A stretch of DNA of 62,818 bases, counting the filler, from Polymyxa betae A26-41 (taxonomy: Eukaryota > Protista > Endomyxa: Phytomyxea), in the NCBI GenBank assembly GCA_003693705.1. It is 7 parts of 7 records of this genome, joined end to end, with 100 filler letters (N's around TTAATTAATTAA, not from the genome) between each part and the next. Parts side by side here need not be neighbours in the genome. Positions count along the whole stretch, not along the records: positions 35,424 to 54,454 come from RBZT01000963.1; 6 more parts are not named here. One strand, 5' to 3'. Within the stretch, counting starts at the first letter, position 1; each line of letters begins with the position of its first letter. Shown piece after piece: positions 36,869-49,253 of this stretch. Below the pieces are notes generated by a model that was given only the letters and a program-made list of their open reading frames with translations, made no database searches and had not been told where the DNA came from. The position numbers and the translations under genes were made by a program.

Positions 36869-38239
36869 AAGTTATCTTTTTGATTCGGTGCTCGTAACTG
36901 TTGACAAAATAACCGAGGCTTATCTTTTTCACCTTGAATTGTATCAAGGATCGTCTGCCTAAGAGCCTTCGATCCAATCCCAATAAATTTTAAATCATCA
37001 TCATCACATCTGGATAATGTCTGGCCATCAATAGCAAAATCTTGAAATCTCTTCACAATTTCAGTGTTTATATGGTGTTGACGAAGCCAAAGAACAACCT
37101 GTTAATCAATGTAAATACTCATGTTAGAGTTGATTCAGGCAGATAGAAATTACCCGATCACAGGACCATGATTGTAGAATCTGTCTTGATATAGAGCTTT
37201 TGTTTCTTATAACATTGTCGAGTTCCGATTCAATTGCTAAAATTGCTTTCGATGCTGAAGAGAACTCAGGACAGATACTAAACGCATCACGAAAATTTGC
37301 TAATGCTGCTGTTGGACTGTTGAATTGTTTGAAAACCAGACCTAATGTTCCAGTGATCAAATACTCAAGACGAATGGTTATGGATGCGTACCTCGAATGT
37401 AAAATAAAACAGGCGTGGCAGGTGCCAGAATCAAAGTTCGATTAATGGTTTGTAAAGCAGCTTGAAGATTTCCAAGTTCAAGATAAGATAAAGCTGTCAT
37501 CATTTGAACACTGACATCATCTTTATAATCATATCCAATACGGATGATATCGTGATACTGTCTTAGACGATACTTTTGAATAGCTTCTAGACCTGCTGCA
37601 GTAGCTTTAGGAATGACATCAGATTTTACAGAGATCACTTTGGATAAATGGCTCCGAGTTCTGTAAAAAAAAGTTAGTAACTGCTGCGAACTGATTATTG
37701 ACCAAGTACTGATTAATGTCAGGATCGTTGGGAAGTTTGTTGAGTATGAATTCGACATCAGAAGAAGCTTGCTGATTGTTTCGAAGATGACGATATAGAT
37801 CGGCTCGGGATATACGGTAATGAAGCTGTTCTGGATCCAAATTGATAGCTCCATCCAAATCAATGAGAGATTTGTCAATCTGTCCCAGTAGGCGATAAGC
37901 TAATGATCGAAGCCAATAAGCGAATGAAAAAGATTCGGTTTGAGGTCTGTGAATAACTTGTGTGAGATCGCGAACAGCTAAATGATAATCAGATTGACGA
38001 ATATAAGCAATAGCTCTATCTATGAGAATAGAAGGATCATGAGGTCGCTGCTCGAGACATCGTCTATAATCAACTAATGCAAGGCTAATTGATGATCCAC
38101 CAACACATTGATAGATCCAAGCACGAAATTGCCGACAGAACGAATTACTGGGATCTAGCTGCAAGGCTTGATTGGCAATAGCTAATGCACTCCTAATGTC
38201 TCCTTGCAGTAAATGACGTTCAGCTTTAGCAATCGACAT
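36865..38239 (-). CDS. TPR-repeat protein with a C-terminal SAM domain (spliced)
   Basis: Repeated TPR motifs (ALQLDPSN, RAIAYIRQSDYHLAVRDL, AINLDPE) and a SAM motif (VVLWLRQH...FQDFAIDGQTL...DLKFIGI). Confidence 0.85.
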
Positions 38240-38340
38240 TGATGACAGAAATATCTGAACTGAGATATTTTATAATAATAAGAGTGAGTGAAGGGTTATG
38301 CAGACATGAAAAATGAACTGGGGATAACAGAGAATCAGGG

Positions 38341-38742
38341 TTAGGAATCGATCTCCTGAATTCCAGAGCAACGTCTATTCGATCTTCGTAATCCCAATAT
38401 TTCATCGGTTCTTGTCTGGACGTTGACTTTTTCCTTGGCATCAAACACACCGACTAATAAATTCATATCGATAGCAGGCTGATCTTCAGGGGCATTATGA
38501 GGCAGCTCCATGGTATCACAGACATCCAATCGATTATTGGCAGCCTGGATTTCCGGCAGAAATCTTCGAACACGGTCTAGAAGCGATGTGGTCGAATCTG
38601 AAGGCGAACTATTTAATTGGAGATTGAGGAATTCCTTGGAATTGGTATTAATGGGAAATACAGCTGGAGATGAGAATGGAGTAGGTCCAGGGTTCGGTGA
38701 TTTATCACAGCCATGGAAGCAGACAGATGATGGAGCAGTCAT
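38341..38742 (-). CDS. DUF4598 / NOPCHAP1 (C12orf45)-like protein
   Basis: SLLDRVRRFLPEIQAANNRL and IDMNLLVGVFDAK motifs. Confidence 0.75.
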   Translation of the reverse strand: MTAPSSVCFHGCDKSPNPGPTPFSSPAVFPINTNSKEFLNLQLNSSPSDSTTSLLDRVRRFLPEIQAANNRLDVCDTMELPHNAPEDQPAIDMNLLVGVFDAKEKVNVQTRTDEILGLRRSNRRCSGIQEIDS

Positions 38743-39034
38743 GATTACAACAATAATTCAATGTATGATTGAAACTCACTAAAAAGGTCAGTCATCAATT
38801 TCCAAATCCAAAGTCACGCAATTCATTTCCACGCAACATTTTGTTCCAAAAGTGCCTATTGACCTACAGTATTTGAGAATTCATACTACCAGTACTCCTA
38901 TGGGCTATGGTACTATGACATAATAGTTGGTAATACATTCATGATTACATACTGTATACATTAGTACAACCCCAATAATTATATTTGATGGTTCATCTAT
39001 AGATTAATTGTGATGGAAGGGAAGATTTTTTTCT

Positions 39035-39865
39035 TTGTACAGCGATCAGAACTTTCTACCTGAAATGTATTGTATTATGAAAGCAGATGTCGATCAGCAT
39101 CAAAGTCTGGAAATATGCCATGAAATTATACGAGCTGAACAGTTAATGAGAGAGTATGAGACGAACTCAATGTATTTACAGGCCGAAAATCAAAGACAGA
39201 TTTTACAGAATCTCAAGAAAGCTATTGCTATTCCATCTACTAATCAACAATTCTATCAAACATGGAGTCAAGCTCTACAATCTGTTCAGCAGACAAATCG
39301 ACAGCGTTGGAAGGATTTTGAGTTAATTTGGGCTTCTAAATTAAAAGAGCATGATATCAAAGGTCAAGAACTTCTAGAATCGATCCATCAGAAACATCGA
39401 AATCGCATTCATGATTTAGCTCAAGTGTCAGAAAGAGGAATTCGCTACCCGAAATGGTCTATTAAGCTATTAGAGCTTCGTAAACGTCAATACTTACTGG
39501 GAAGAACCCAAAGGTATTCCGAAGCAGAACAGATCAAAATACAGGCTGATGCTTTGGAATCGGTTGAGAGATTTTCGATTTTAGAGTCAATCGATAAAGA
39601 TATCAAGGTGAAGACTGTTCGACTTGAGAAGCAGCATGAGAAAGAAGTTCAAATCTGTATGGATAAGATGGAATTAGAAAAGCGATGTATTCTGGAAGGC
39701 AGAGCACAGATGGCAGAGACATTAAGATGTCAATGTGATCGAGCTCTAAATCAAGTTAAGAATCGCGCTCGACATGCAGCTCAACGCCGTCAGATACTGA
39801 TGCAAGGTATGAATAGAGGAGCATCAGGGTCAGCAGGAGCACGTCCCCATACTTCTAAGATCTAA
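39035..39865 (+). CDS. Coiled-coil protein (possibly cilia-associated)
   Basis: Long Q/E/K/R-rich ORF with a PKWSIKLLELRKRQ...YSEAEQIKIQADALE segment. The start is uncertain. Confidence 0.7.
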   Translation: MYSDQNFLPEMYCIMKADVDQHQSLEICHEIIRAEQLMREYETNSMYLQAENQRQILQNLKKAIAIPSTNQQFYQTWSQALQSVQQTNRQRWKDFELIWASKLKEHDIKGQELLESIHQKHRNRIHDLAQVSERGIRYPKWSIKLLELRKRQYLLGRTQRYSEAEQIKIQADALESVERFSILESIDKDIKVKTVRLEKQHEKEVQICMDKMELEKRCILEGRAQMAETLRCQCDRALNQVKNRARHAAQRRQILMQGMNRGASGSAGARPHTSKI

Positions 39866-41496
39866 TAATACAGATGTAGCAATATACAGTATACTGTATT
39901 ACATAAAACAATACTTATGTAGCGATTACGCATCTTCTAGGTCTGTTGGAAATAGTTGACCTAAACTCACGATTTGATTGCCTGTCAGCCATGCTGGAAG
40001 CAATGGATCACATTCCGTCCAGTCTGCAGAAACTCTTTGCTTGTCAACGCTGGCTGAAGACTTGGACGAATACCGATCTCCAATCCCTCAGCCGTTGTCG
40101 TCTGAATATCAATCGCCCCCCAGCGCATGACAAAAAAAATTCATAATTCTGCTCAATTTCCACCAGAGGAAGGATATGGCTGTAGCTTTGCTCGGGTGAT
40201 AATCCTCTTCATAGCTCGAACACTGAAAGCGACAGCTTATCATCTTCTTATGAGTCTGACGTAAGCTCCCGGTGATGAACGTAAGCAATGTTATTTCTAA
40301 ATGAGAATGCGTTCTTGTTCGGTTTTCTGTGGAATTGTTAGCAATACAGTAAACCGTTTGTATTGCTATGAACCTCAGCGATAGGATTACAACGGTTGGA
40401 TAAATGTCTTGTTTTTGACATGATAATTCTGTCTCCTCTAATAACTTGTTCAGCAATTGGCTTGATTCTGAACTACCTCGATGGAGTTACCAGCAAAGAC
40501 GATGAAAGTGAATGCGAGTTTTCATATGTGCCTCTGGATTTCAACATTCGATATAACACGAGGCTGCATCAGAGCTAAATGCCTGCAGACGAAAGCGACA
40601 CACAGATGCTGTTATCTGAGAGCGAAGTGCTAGTTCACCAACAGTTTGCGAAAAGGATTGCCGATATCGCAGTGTTTGATTACAGTAAACATTTCCCACG
40701 ATTATCACATTCCACCGATTCCAGAGATCGCTCTTCTGAAAAAAGTTTGCATGTGTTTCGAGTGACCTCTGTTTGATATAAGCAGGAAGCGATCCAAGCT
40801 GCAATTCAAGACCATCGTGGGCCTGCATTTAGCACGATGATTCTGATAGTATCTCTCTAAGCTGCTGCGAAAGCTTATCATAAGCATTGAAGAGGAGATT
40901 GGCGAAAGTGGCAACGTATGCAATAGCTTTGTTTCCGAGATGGGGATTCTGCAAAAGGAATCTTTAGGGTTCTACAACAGGTAGATACGCATTACAGACA
41001 ACAAAGCCTCTAATAATATCAGGTTACAGTTATCAGCAATGGAAATCGCTCATGTTGTGATCGCCAGTAAGACGTATGCAGAAGAAATCGAAAGCTTGTT
41101 GGATGGCTAAGTGTGAATAAAAGCCAACTCCATACCTAACGAGCTGATTGACTTTTGGTCACGAACGCACTTGGTCAACAAATTGGTAAAAACTAATTGT
41201 TAAAGTCGTAGTTTTATGGATGTATACGAGTTGATATTGATTTCAAAAAAGTACAACCTGTCATTAATAAGTAACTTATATTGTGGAAAGATACTGTAGC
41301 TGTCGACAGTAAAGAAAACCCTACTTACAATGTTGGTTAGTCTCAGTAGAGAGAGACCACTCACTAAACTGCTGCTGCCTGGGCTCCAGCTCAGGATGGG
41401 GCCTGCCCCTGTCTGAGAGCCAGTACCACCAGAATCCGATCCACTTCGACTGAGTGTAGAAGGTCGATTGGCTTCACAAATCTATAATCATCGACC

Positions 41497-43160
41497 ATGA
41501 TGACATCAACAGATCGGGATCTACTTCAATCATTATCTGCTGAGGTGCCAATATTCTTCATTTCATAATGTTTTGCAAATTCTTACATATATAAAGGAGG
41601 CCAACCGATTAGTCGAAGCCATGAAAGAACCGAAATTCGCCTCTATGTTAGCAGATTATGTAAAGGAGATCTCAGATCCGAAAGCTAGACGAGAGAATGA
41701 TCTATATCTGAGACAATTAGAACAGCAACAATCATTACCAGAAGGCATGAAATTATTAAAACCATCGCCTTTATTCTGTATCAAACTGACGCATCCTGAT
41801 TATGGCAAATTGTTCGTCAATGTCTGCATTTCCGAGTACATGATCGTTTTTTCCTCAGTACTTCTGTTCTGACTTCTCCTAGCTTGATCGATTCTCCGAC
41901 GTCAGTGAAGGGTGATGGTGGAGTGACATACAATTTACCTTACTCATGTTCTACGAAAAGATCCATCTCCATATTAAACAATGAACAGTCAGCCTCAGTC
42001 ATTGATGCCACATTCCATACAAGTATATGTAAACTGTAAACCAATAATTGGTTGTGTTAAGATATCATGTAGTTAACTATTTTAGGATGAGTAACATTCG
42101 ATTTCGGGAGCTAATTGAGAATTCTGCAGTTGAAGGAGCCGAAAAGGTGGCAAATGGGAAATATAACCGACGTTAGTTAGACCGTATCTGTTTCTACTAT
42201 AACCATTTACCAACTACACAGCTTATCGTGTTCTATCTAAAGTAAAATGCAAGGACGGTCCACCAGCAATCATGAGAATAGGGGGATCCCAAAAGGCCAA
42301 CTGGAAAATGCCTTCATTTACCGAGCAATCGAAGTTAATGAAGGAGTCCAAAGCCGATGTCAATGAAGTGATAAATAATGCTGCAGTACAAGACTTCACC
42401 GGATCAATTGGCATGCCAGAAATAGGGAAAATGCCAATTCCTAAATATGAAATCATCCATCGTGGTAAGTCGCTGGTTTTAAGTTAAAGGCAGCATGAGG
42501 AACAAGTTTGTAGGTGAATTCCAGTTGCAGGAATGCACGTTGCAGACACCCTTTGTGGCTTCAAATAGACCTAAAACAATCGTAGTAAAAATCTTTCTGC
42601 CAGAAGTGGTATGTTGGTGCCATCGAGAGTTAATGGTTGTTCAAACTGTACAATAGGATAGCTTATCTAACTGGACTGGTGTAGAGCTTGATGCCCATGT
42701 AGATTATCTGAAATTTGAAATCAAAGGACTATATTCGCCTCTAGAAATCAAACTACCGTATCATGTTGATCATGATAGCGGTCGTGCCAAATTTAGCAAT
42801 TCTGATCGTATTCTGTCTGTGACATTTCCAGTTATACAACAAGAACCTATGCTGAAAACCGATGATCAGGTTAGTTGTTTGATGCGTAGACGTTTAACTT
42901 TCAAGGATAAGACTGTTTTCAGACATCGGCAGAATCTGGCTAATTCCATACCTGAGTTATCAAGTATAACGAGATATCGATTTGATATAATGTGATAGTG
43001 TTAGGCTGGTGATTTATTGGATCTTGTTGGTTCCAAATATCATATGGCTAGCAGAATAAAGAGTGAAAACGACAGATCCAACGACACCAACGACTCCAAA
43101 AGCGTATGTTGGTTTGCCAAAGCGACCCTAGATCAGCCTATTTAGAATGGATTGTAGCCA
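41497..43160 (+). CDS. DNAAF2: Kintoun / dynein axonemal assembly factor 2 (PIH1 + CS domains), multi-exon
   Basis: EEANRLVEAMKEPKFASMLADYVKEISDPKARRENDLYLRQLE, PIH1 motifs (FCIK, LFVNVC, YNLPYS), PKYEIIHRG, RPKTIVVKIFLP, LPYHVD...AKF. The 3' end is approximate. Confidence 0.88.
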
Positions 43161-43249
43161 AAAGAAGAGGATTGAAGGACCTTTAGATATGTGGGAACGT
43201 GCTCCTTTTGGAACGCCTGGTCACAGAAGTTTCAGAAACAGATGAGCAG

Positions 43250-44476
43250 CAATAACAACCAGCAGAATACCTCTTGAACTTTCGTGATATTGTTGGGGTT
43301 ATCAAACAGAGAACAGCGCTGAAGTGGCTTTAGCCGAAGTGGATTAAATCGAGCAGTAATGCTTTGCATAATTGTAGATAGACCAATAGAGAATGAATTG
43401 GGATGGCAGATATAGATATGTATAATAGACAATAGTACCTAGGAAGAGGCCGTATGTGACATGTATTCACTGTACTCTGTAGGGGGTGATTACAAATCAA
43501 TAGACCTTGTGGGTTTCTGCATAACATCAGTAAAGTCAAGCAGGTATCGAGTTTATTCTACTTCAGTCTGTACAATTTATGAATATAGTCTCTCAGATCA
43601 CTGTATAATCTACTAGTATTTTTTCGTATTCTTGTAAGTTAGACGGAATCAATACAAGCACATTCATTTACAATTGTCCTAACAACAGGTTGCAGATTAT
43701 TTTTGCTACTAGCTTGAATAGCTGCATTCTGTACTTTCACATCAGATGATGAACAGAACATCAATAAATTGGAGGACATACCTTTTCATCCAATGTGTAG
43801 ATATAGGCCCCAGACTCAATGATTCTGACCAGAAGATCGATGTGACAGGTTTTCATATTGGGATCATCACGTAGCTCACTGATGTCATTAGCATGCACCG
43901 TAGTGAATTCCTGCTTAAACAAGGCCAAATGTTCTTGCTGTATTTGGTCACGATTAAATTCTGGATTTGAATGCAGAACTTCATCATTAGATTCTGCGAG
44001 CTCAACTTCATATTTCTGTCCCATAAATTTAGCTGTAGATTAAACTGGTCATTGTGAGCTATTACCAACTGCCTTAACAATAAAATGGCTTCTCGAATGA
44101 TGCGGTTGAATGTAATGAAAGCTATTTCCAATGTTTCTGATGTGATATGATCAGATGCAGAAGCATCCTGCAGAATGTCAAAGGCAGATGGAAGGAATGC
44201 TTCCGATGTATCAAGCGGAGCTGCTTTGATATGAGGCATTATATTGTGAAGAACTTGCAAGCATGAAAGAAGACGAATTTCTAGAAGCCGAAAACGCTCC
44301 CAGTTTTCACGAGCTTGTAGGGACATTGTCAGAAAAGGCTTAATAGAATTTGATTGGCTGGCAAATTCTTCCACGATATTGGGGAGCGATTCCTTACAAA
44401 AAACAACTATCCTTTCTCGCGAACGCAACGAGCAGACGCCATACAGCGAATCAACCCAAGTTGCAATGGCGTCCAT
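43250..44476 (-). CDS. Hypothetical multi-exon protein
   Basis: Long first exon MDAIATWVDSLYG..., continued in the overlapping ORF 43761-44024 and in further short exons. The 3' end is approximate. Confidence 0.55.
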
Positions 44477-44669
44477 GCAAATGTCTGATCACAATCTGAC
44501 TGTGAGACCAAGTATGATAATGAGAATCAAAATCAATCAGAAACTAAACGCAGTTTTCATATTATTTTGATTTGACCTTGAGTAAGTATATCATCATTTT
44601 TGTTTTAATGAGATTTTTCATTATTCGGCACGCGGTCTTCTATCTTCGTATTCCTGTTAAGACGTCAGA

Positions 44670-46316
44670 ATGGAGATCTATCGGTTAGAGGCTCCTCGAA
44701 GCAGCAATAAGATTCGAACGCGAACACTATCTGGATCTATTGACAGCAAGACTATCGTGTCTTTAAATCATGCATCTTGCCTTAAAGATAACCATGTTGA
44801 GAGCTTGTCCCAGGCTACAGAGTTGCATCTGGACTTCTTGCAAGATAATAGTGGGCAGGTGAACCTTTCTTCAAATTCTAAATCGCAACAGTCGGGTTTG
44901 GAGAGTAAATTCTTTCCAAGTCAAGATAATGATCAGAGCTGTCAGAGGCAAATTCGAAGGAATATGTCAGCACCGGTATTGGATTTAGACAATAACTCCA
45001 TGAAAAAGCATGATAAACTGCAAGATAAGGAGAACCAAAACGTTCTTGAAGAAAGAGATGAAGTAGCTGAATCTAATCCAAGTGATAAGAACCAACTCCG
45101 ACCATCTATTTGCCATAGCAGAGCGACTGGACAGAGAGCAATGTCAGATGTTGGTACTTCAGCCTCAGGGAGAATCGAATGGGTAGAAGAGATTGATGCT
45201 TTGAAGATGATGAAGGATGGGACCTCGTTTTTGAAATATGGTAAATGGGGAGCGCCACATTTTAGGTGCTTCTCTGGCATGTATGACCTGAGAATTCAAA
45301 CTGAGAGAGATTACAGGCCTTTCAGGTTATCACAAGATAATACCAAGATTATTTGGTCCTCGAAGAATAAGGTAAATCAATCGATGCGTCTGTTGATTTT
45401 CTGTATATTGGTTGCCTTATAGTCCAAAGACTCAACACAAATTGACATCAAGCGGATTGATAAGGTGCTGTTAGGTCAAAATACATCAAATTTCCAGAGA
45501 CATGCATCGCCGTAATTTACCGGAGACTGAAATTTATTACAGCCTTTAACGTTCCCTTTCTAGAGAATTAGCAAGGGCTTCTTTCTCTGTTGTCTACGAT
45601 AAGAGTAAGACTTTGGATGTTGTGGCAAAAAAGTAAGTAGCAATCGTGTTTGATGAGTTAAACTTAAACATTGTTAGTCAAACAGAACACAATTGCTGGA
45701 TTCAAGGGTTGAATGCATTAATTGAAGCTGCTCGGAAAGACGAGGTTCACAATTGCATCTGTACTTGGTTCGATTTTTGACCAATTATGCTCTTTCAGTT
45801 AGAACAGCTTACAGAGCTGATTGTTCGACTAAGAATGATGAGAACTGAATTCAAAACCAATAACGATGATAAATTTCAAAAGCCAACTTAGTAGGTGCGG
45901 GTTTTGAAGTTTATCCACTTTCATTGATTGGATTGCTGCTCCATAGCTCAAAGGAGCGTGCTGTTAAAGATTATCAGGGTACCATTCTGAACCAATTCTC
46001 ATCGAGTTTGCTCAGTGTCTGTTCTTACAGGCCTTTGGAAAGTCTATACAAGGATGACGGACAAATCTCGATTACCTAAGCTGCTTGGTTCTGAAGAATT
46101 TGAGATTGTAACGAGCAAGCTGGAGACATTAAAGGATCAGTTAGATGCAATCGATACGAAAATTGCAGCCGATGATCTCTTTGAGATCGATTTCATGGTA
46201 AATGTTTTATCTGTAGGTACCATCTTTCTCATAATAATTTCTTTACACTGCAGTTGTGGCAAGCATCGGTTGAAATTGAATCGATTAATAACATAATCTC
46301 AGCTTTAAAGCTATGA
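44670..46316 (+). CDS. PH-domain protein (PLC/RLD-type PH), multi-exon
   Basis: MKDGTSFLKYGKWGAPHFR|PFRLSQDNTKIIWSSK...VLLGQNTSNFQR...SFSVVY...TLDVVAK...WIQGL across short introns. Confidence 0.85.
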
Positions 46317-46334
46317 ATGTTGATAGTAAACTGA

Positions 46335-47003
46335 TCACTGCCATTGCATATTTAACAGAATTCGTCGTAGAACTTCCAGTCGAACCGAAATGTCATTCAT
46401 CATTTGCTTTCGGCAATCTTCGATTTTTTCTATCGAAGTCATGCGTGGTCGCAACACGCGTTCTACAAGAGATGATACTATTGCGTTGTATTCCTTGACC
46501 TTGGACTCATAGTTACGGAAGTTTGTTTCGACGTGATTTACCATCATTTGATGGTTAAAGTAATCCCGTTTGCAAGTTTTGGTTTGATTTAAACAATGCG
46601 CTCTCAATGACTGAAGAGAAATTTCACATCTCTCTTTGCTCATTTTGCTATCATTTTCCATCTTCTTAATTTTGTCCAGGATTGGTTCAGAGGTCAAGCC
46701 ATCTAACTGCTCCTCCATCATAGAAATGATTCCCTGTAGTGGATTGAAAACTTGCTTCAATACGTTATCGGCAACCTCTGCATAAGCCCCATGTTGATTT
46801 TCGATCAGATGTGCAGGCAAGGGCGTATCATCAGTTCGAGTCACTTGAGAAGTGATTTGAATGAGTGCCAGGGCAATCCTTCTTGCGAATGTTTGAATGG
46901 CTTTGGATGATATGATGGCTCGAGAAGCTAGCTGTACAGCGTAATGATATTGATGAATAAATGTGGTGGTATCAAGTGTAGACCATCCATAGTCTTCTAA
47001 CAT
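46335..47003 (-). CDS. Helical/coiled-coil hypothetical protein (possibly BAR-like), 5' exon unresolved
   Basis: 222-codon ORF convergent with the PH gene. Confidence 0.6.
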   Translation of the reverse strand: MLEDYGWSTLDTTTFIHQYHYAVQLASRAIISSKAIQTFARRIALALIQITSQVTRTDDTPLPAHLIENQHGAYAEVADNVLKQVFNPLQGIISMMEEQLDGLTSEPILDKIKKMENDSKMSKERCEISLQSLRAHCLNQTKTCKRDYFNHQMMVNHVETNFRNYESKVKEYNAIVSSLVERVLRPRMTSIEKIEDCRKQMMNDISVRLEVLRRILLNMQWQ

Positions 47004-47195
47004 ACGTATTGTATCAATACGTGTTGATTTAGGGTACAGGCTCCGCTAGACCCGTCTCCCTCCCTCCTCTCTGTGTCTGTCCTCATCATTATCACATGAG
47101 TCACATCCTCTTAAAACGTTACATTACCATGTCAGGGGACACGATCTGCCTTTTTCATTTCTTCTATTCTGTTTTGTCCAAAATCCATCCTTAGT

Positions 47196-48623
47196 ATGAA
47201 CTGGATGGCGAATTCCAAGGGTCGCATCCAAAAGCGCAAGTCCACTTCTATCAATCTTCAGAGGTGAGCTCACCTAGCGTAAATGACCCTATTTACATTC
47301 TTCAGGAGTTTCTTTGCAGGCCATAACAAGATGCGATCTAGCAATACTGTACAGCCAGATCAGCGCCATACATATTTGGATAAACAGCATGGAAAGATCC
47401 ATAGAGATATTCCCCAGCTTTTAAGTCCAAAGTTACCACAGCAACAACGTAATGTAGCTTAAAAAGGAGCGAGATGCCGCTTATTAGATTTAGAAAACTA
47501 TGAGATAAATGAACTTGAACGGGAAATTTTATGGCCCAATTATGACAGAGATTACGACCGTGTTCAAGGTAATACAAATGCTAATATGTTTACACATACA
47601 GCTGATTGCTTCAGAAGGTTCACGTCTAGGATCGGTTGTTGAATCGTCAATTGTCCAAGGCAGAGGTAAATCTGCAAGTCAGCGCGCTAGATTGCTTATC
47701 TATCGCTTAGACATTCTTCTTAAAACCCGAATCAAAGTTGAGCAGACTTTCTCTAGAAGTTTTTATTGATACTTCAACAGACAGATAGTTCGGTAGATGG
47801 GTTTCCCAAAAAACTGATGACGTATTCTAGAAGACACCCAAATACGATTCCGAATGTGAAAACTAACAATTACTCCCGTTCCGAGAGCCATAATGCAATG
47901 GGGGAGGTCCATCGTTTGAGAGAGATAATTATTGATCAAAAGGTGGTTCTGAATTCAATTCCCGTTTGAACATTCTTTGAAATTTCCTAGCGCGAGATTC
48001 AGCGACTTCAAGAAAAACTTCTTACTTATGAGAAAGAACCTTGTGCTGATCGTTTAATCAAAGGTTGCGATTCAGGTGGATCGCGTTCGTTACTAGCTGG
48101 CGCTGAAGAGTTCGTAGCACGCAATGTCAATACAACTCGGGATGGGATCTCGAATAACGGCAAAATGCCATGGATTTCTAGTCAGTTTTTCGTTTTAAGA
48201 CTAAACCGGTATCAATGGCTGAGCTTGGCAGCAGGAAATGATAATGCCCGAGTCACCATCAACATCTGCGCCGGTTCTATAGCATACAACCATTATAACT
48301 CGAATAGTACACCAGTAATGCTGCCTTCATCGTTGTTTGTAATCCAATTCAACCTAGCAGAATACTCCGGGACATCATTTTGTTACTCAAAACTCAACCA
48401 AAGATTACAAACTTCTCAATTGCGCTCTTAATAATCATGTTCTGGGCGAATCAGTAAGACATCATCGCATAATTGTCAAAGGAACATGAAAATCGACATT
48501 GAGCCACAGGCAAAGATGCAAGGTTCCAGGGAACTCGGATACATTATCAATAAGTCCAGTACAGGAGAAACAGATACACCTTTTTTTGGAGCAGTTCCCC
48601 GAATTGAATTATTGAACGAATAA
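47196..48623 (+). CDS. Multi-exon hypothetical protein with a DUF4552/C12orf40-like N-terminus
   Basis: MNW...GR...QR|SFF N-terminal motif and several short GT-AG introns. The exon structure is not fully resolved. Confidence 0.5.
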
Positions 48624-49253
48624 ATTTTGGGGCTGTTGATATCGATGACTGTTTACATTATTTCATCTACAGTCGCGGACATCTAGAGTGTCTGTGTAAG
48701 CTACAACAACTTCTTTGATAATCGTAGAAATAGTTCTCTGCTTTATATATCATCTTAAGAGTCCCTAAATATTCATATCGGAGATTGAGGTTCATCGGCA
48801 AATTAGTTCATGTTGTTGAGTCACTTCAATCCAGTCTGTGTCGTTTGTCTCCTACGTGAACAAAGGCTTTACAATTGAGAGCACAATTGAATTATGATTT
48901 AGAAGAATTAGATTCCAGGCCCCAAGGTCTCTTCCAGGCCGGCTGGGTAGTTCCGGGCTTCCGGAGGCCGGACCGTGACTCACGCAGTTTCCGCCGCCAC
49001 TGGGCCCCCAGTGGCGATTTGGCCCTTTCGGGTCTCCCCCTGTCACGTTAGGGTTCCCCACTGTTATGAACCAACTAATAGTAAGGGAGAAATAAAGAGA
49101 GATAAATTCGAAATCTATGAGAATAACAGAAACACAAGAACGAAAGTAGGCGAGGAGACAGAAGTTGATTCAAGAACGGCGTGACCGAACTGAGCTAACC
49201 TCAGATCGGCCGTTGCACCAGTCTGTATTATGCTATTAGTTACAGAGTGCTTA

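Noticed and set aside
48755-48765. TTAAGAGTCCC partial match to the Lys-half PBS
   Set aside because: Incomplete match and no gag downstream.
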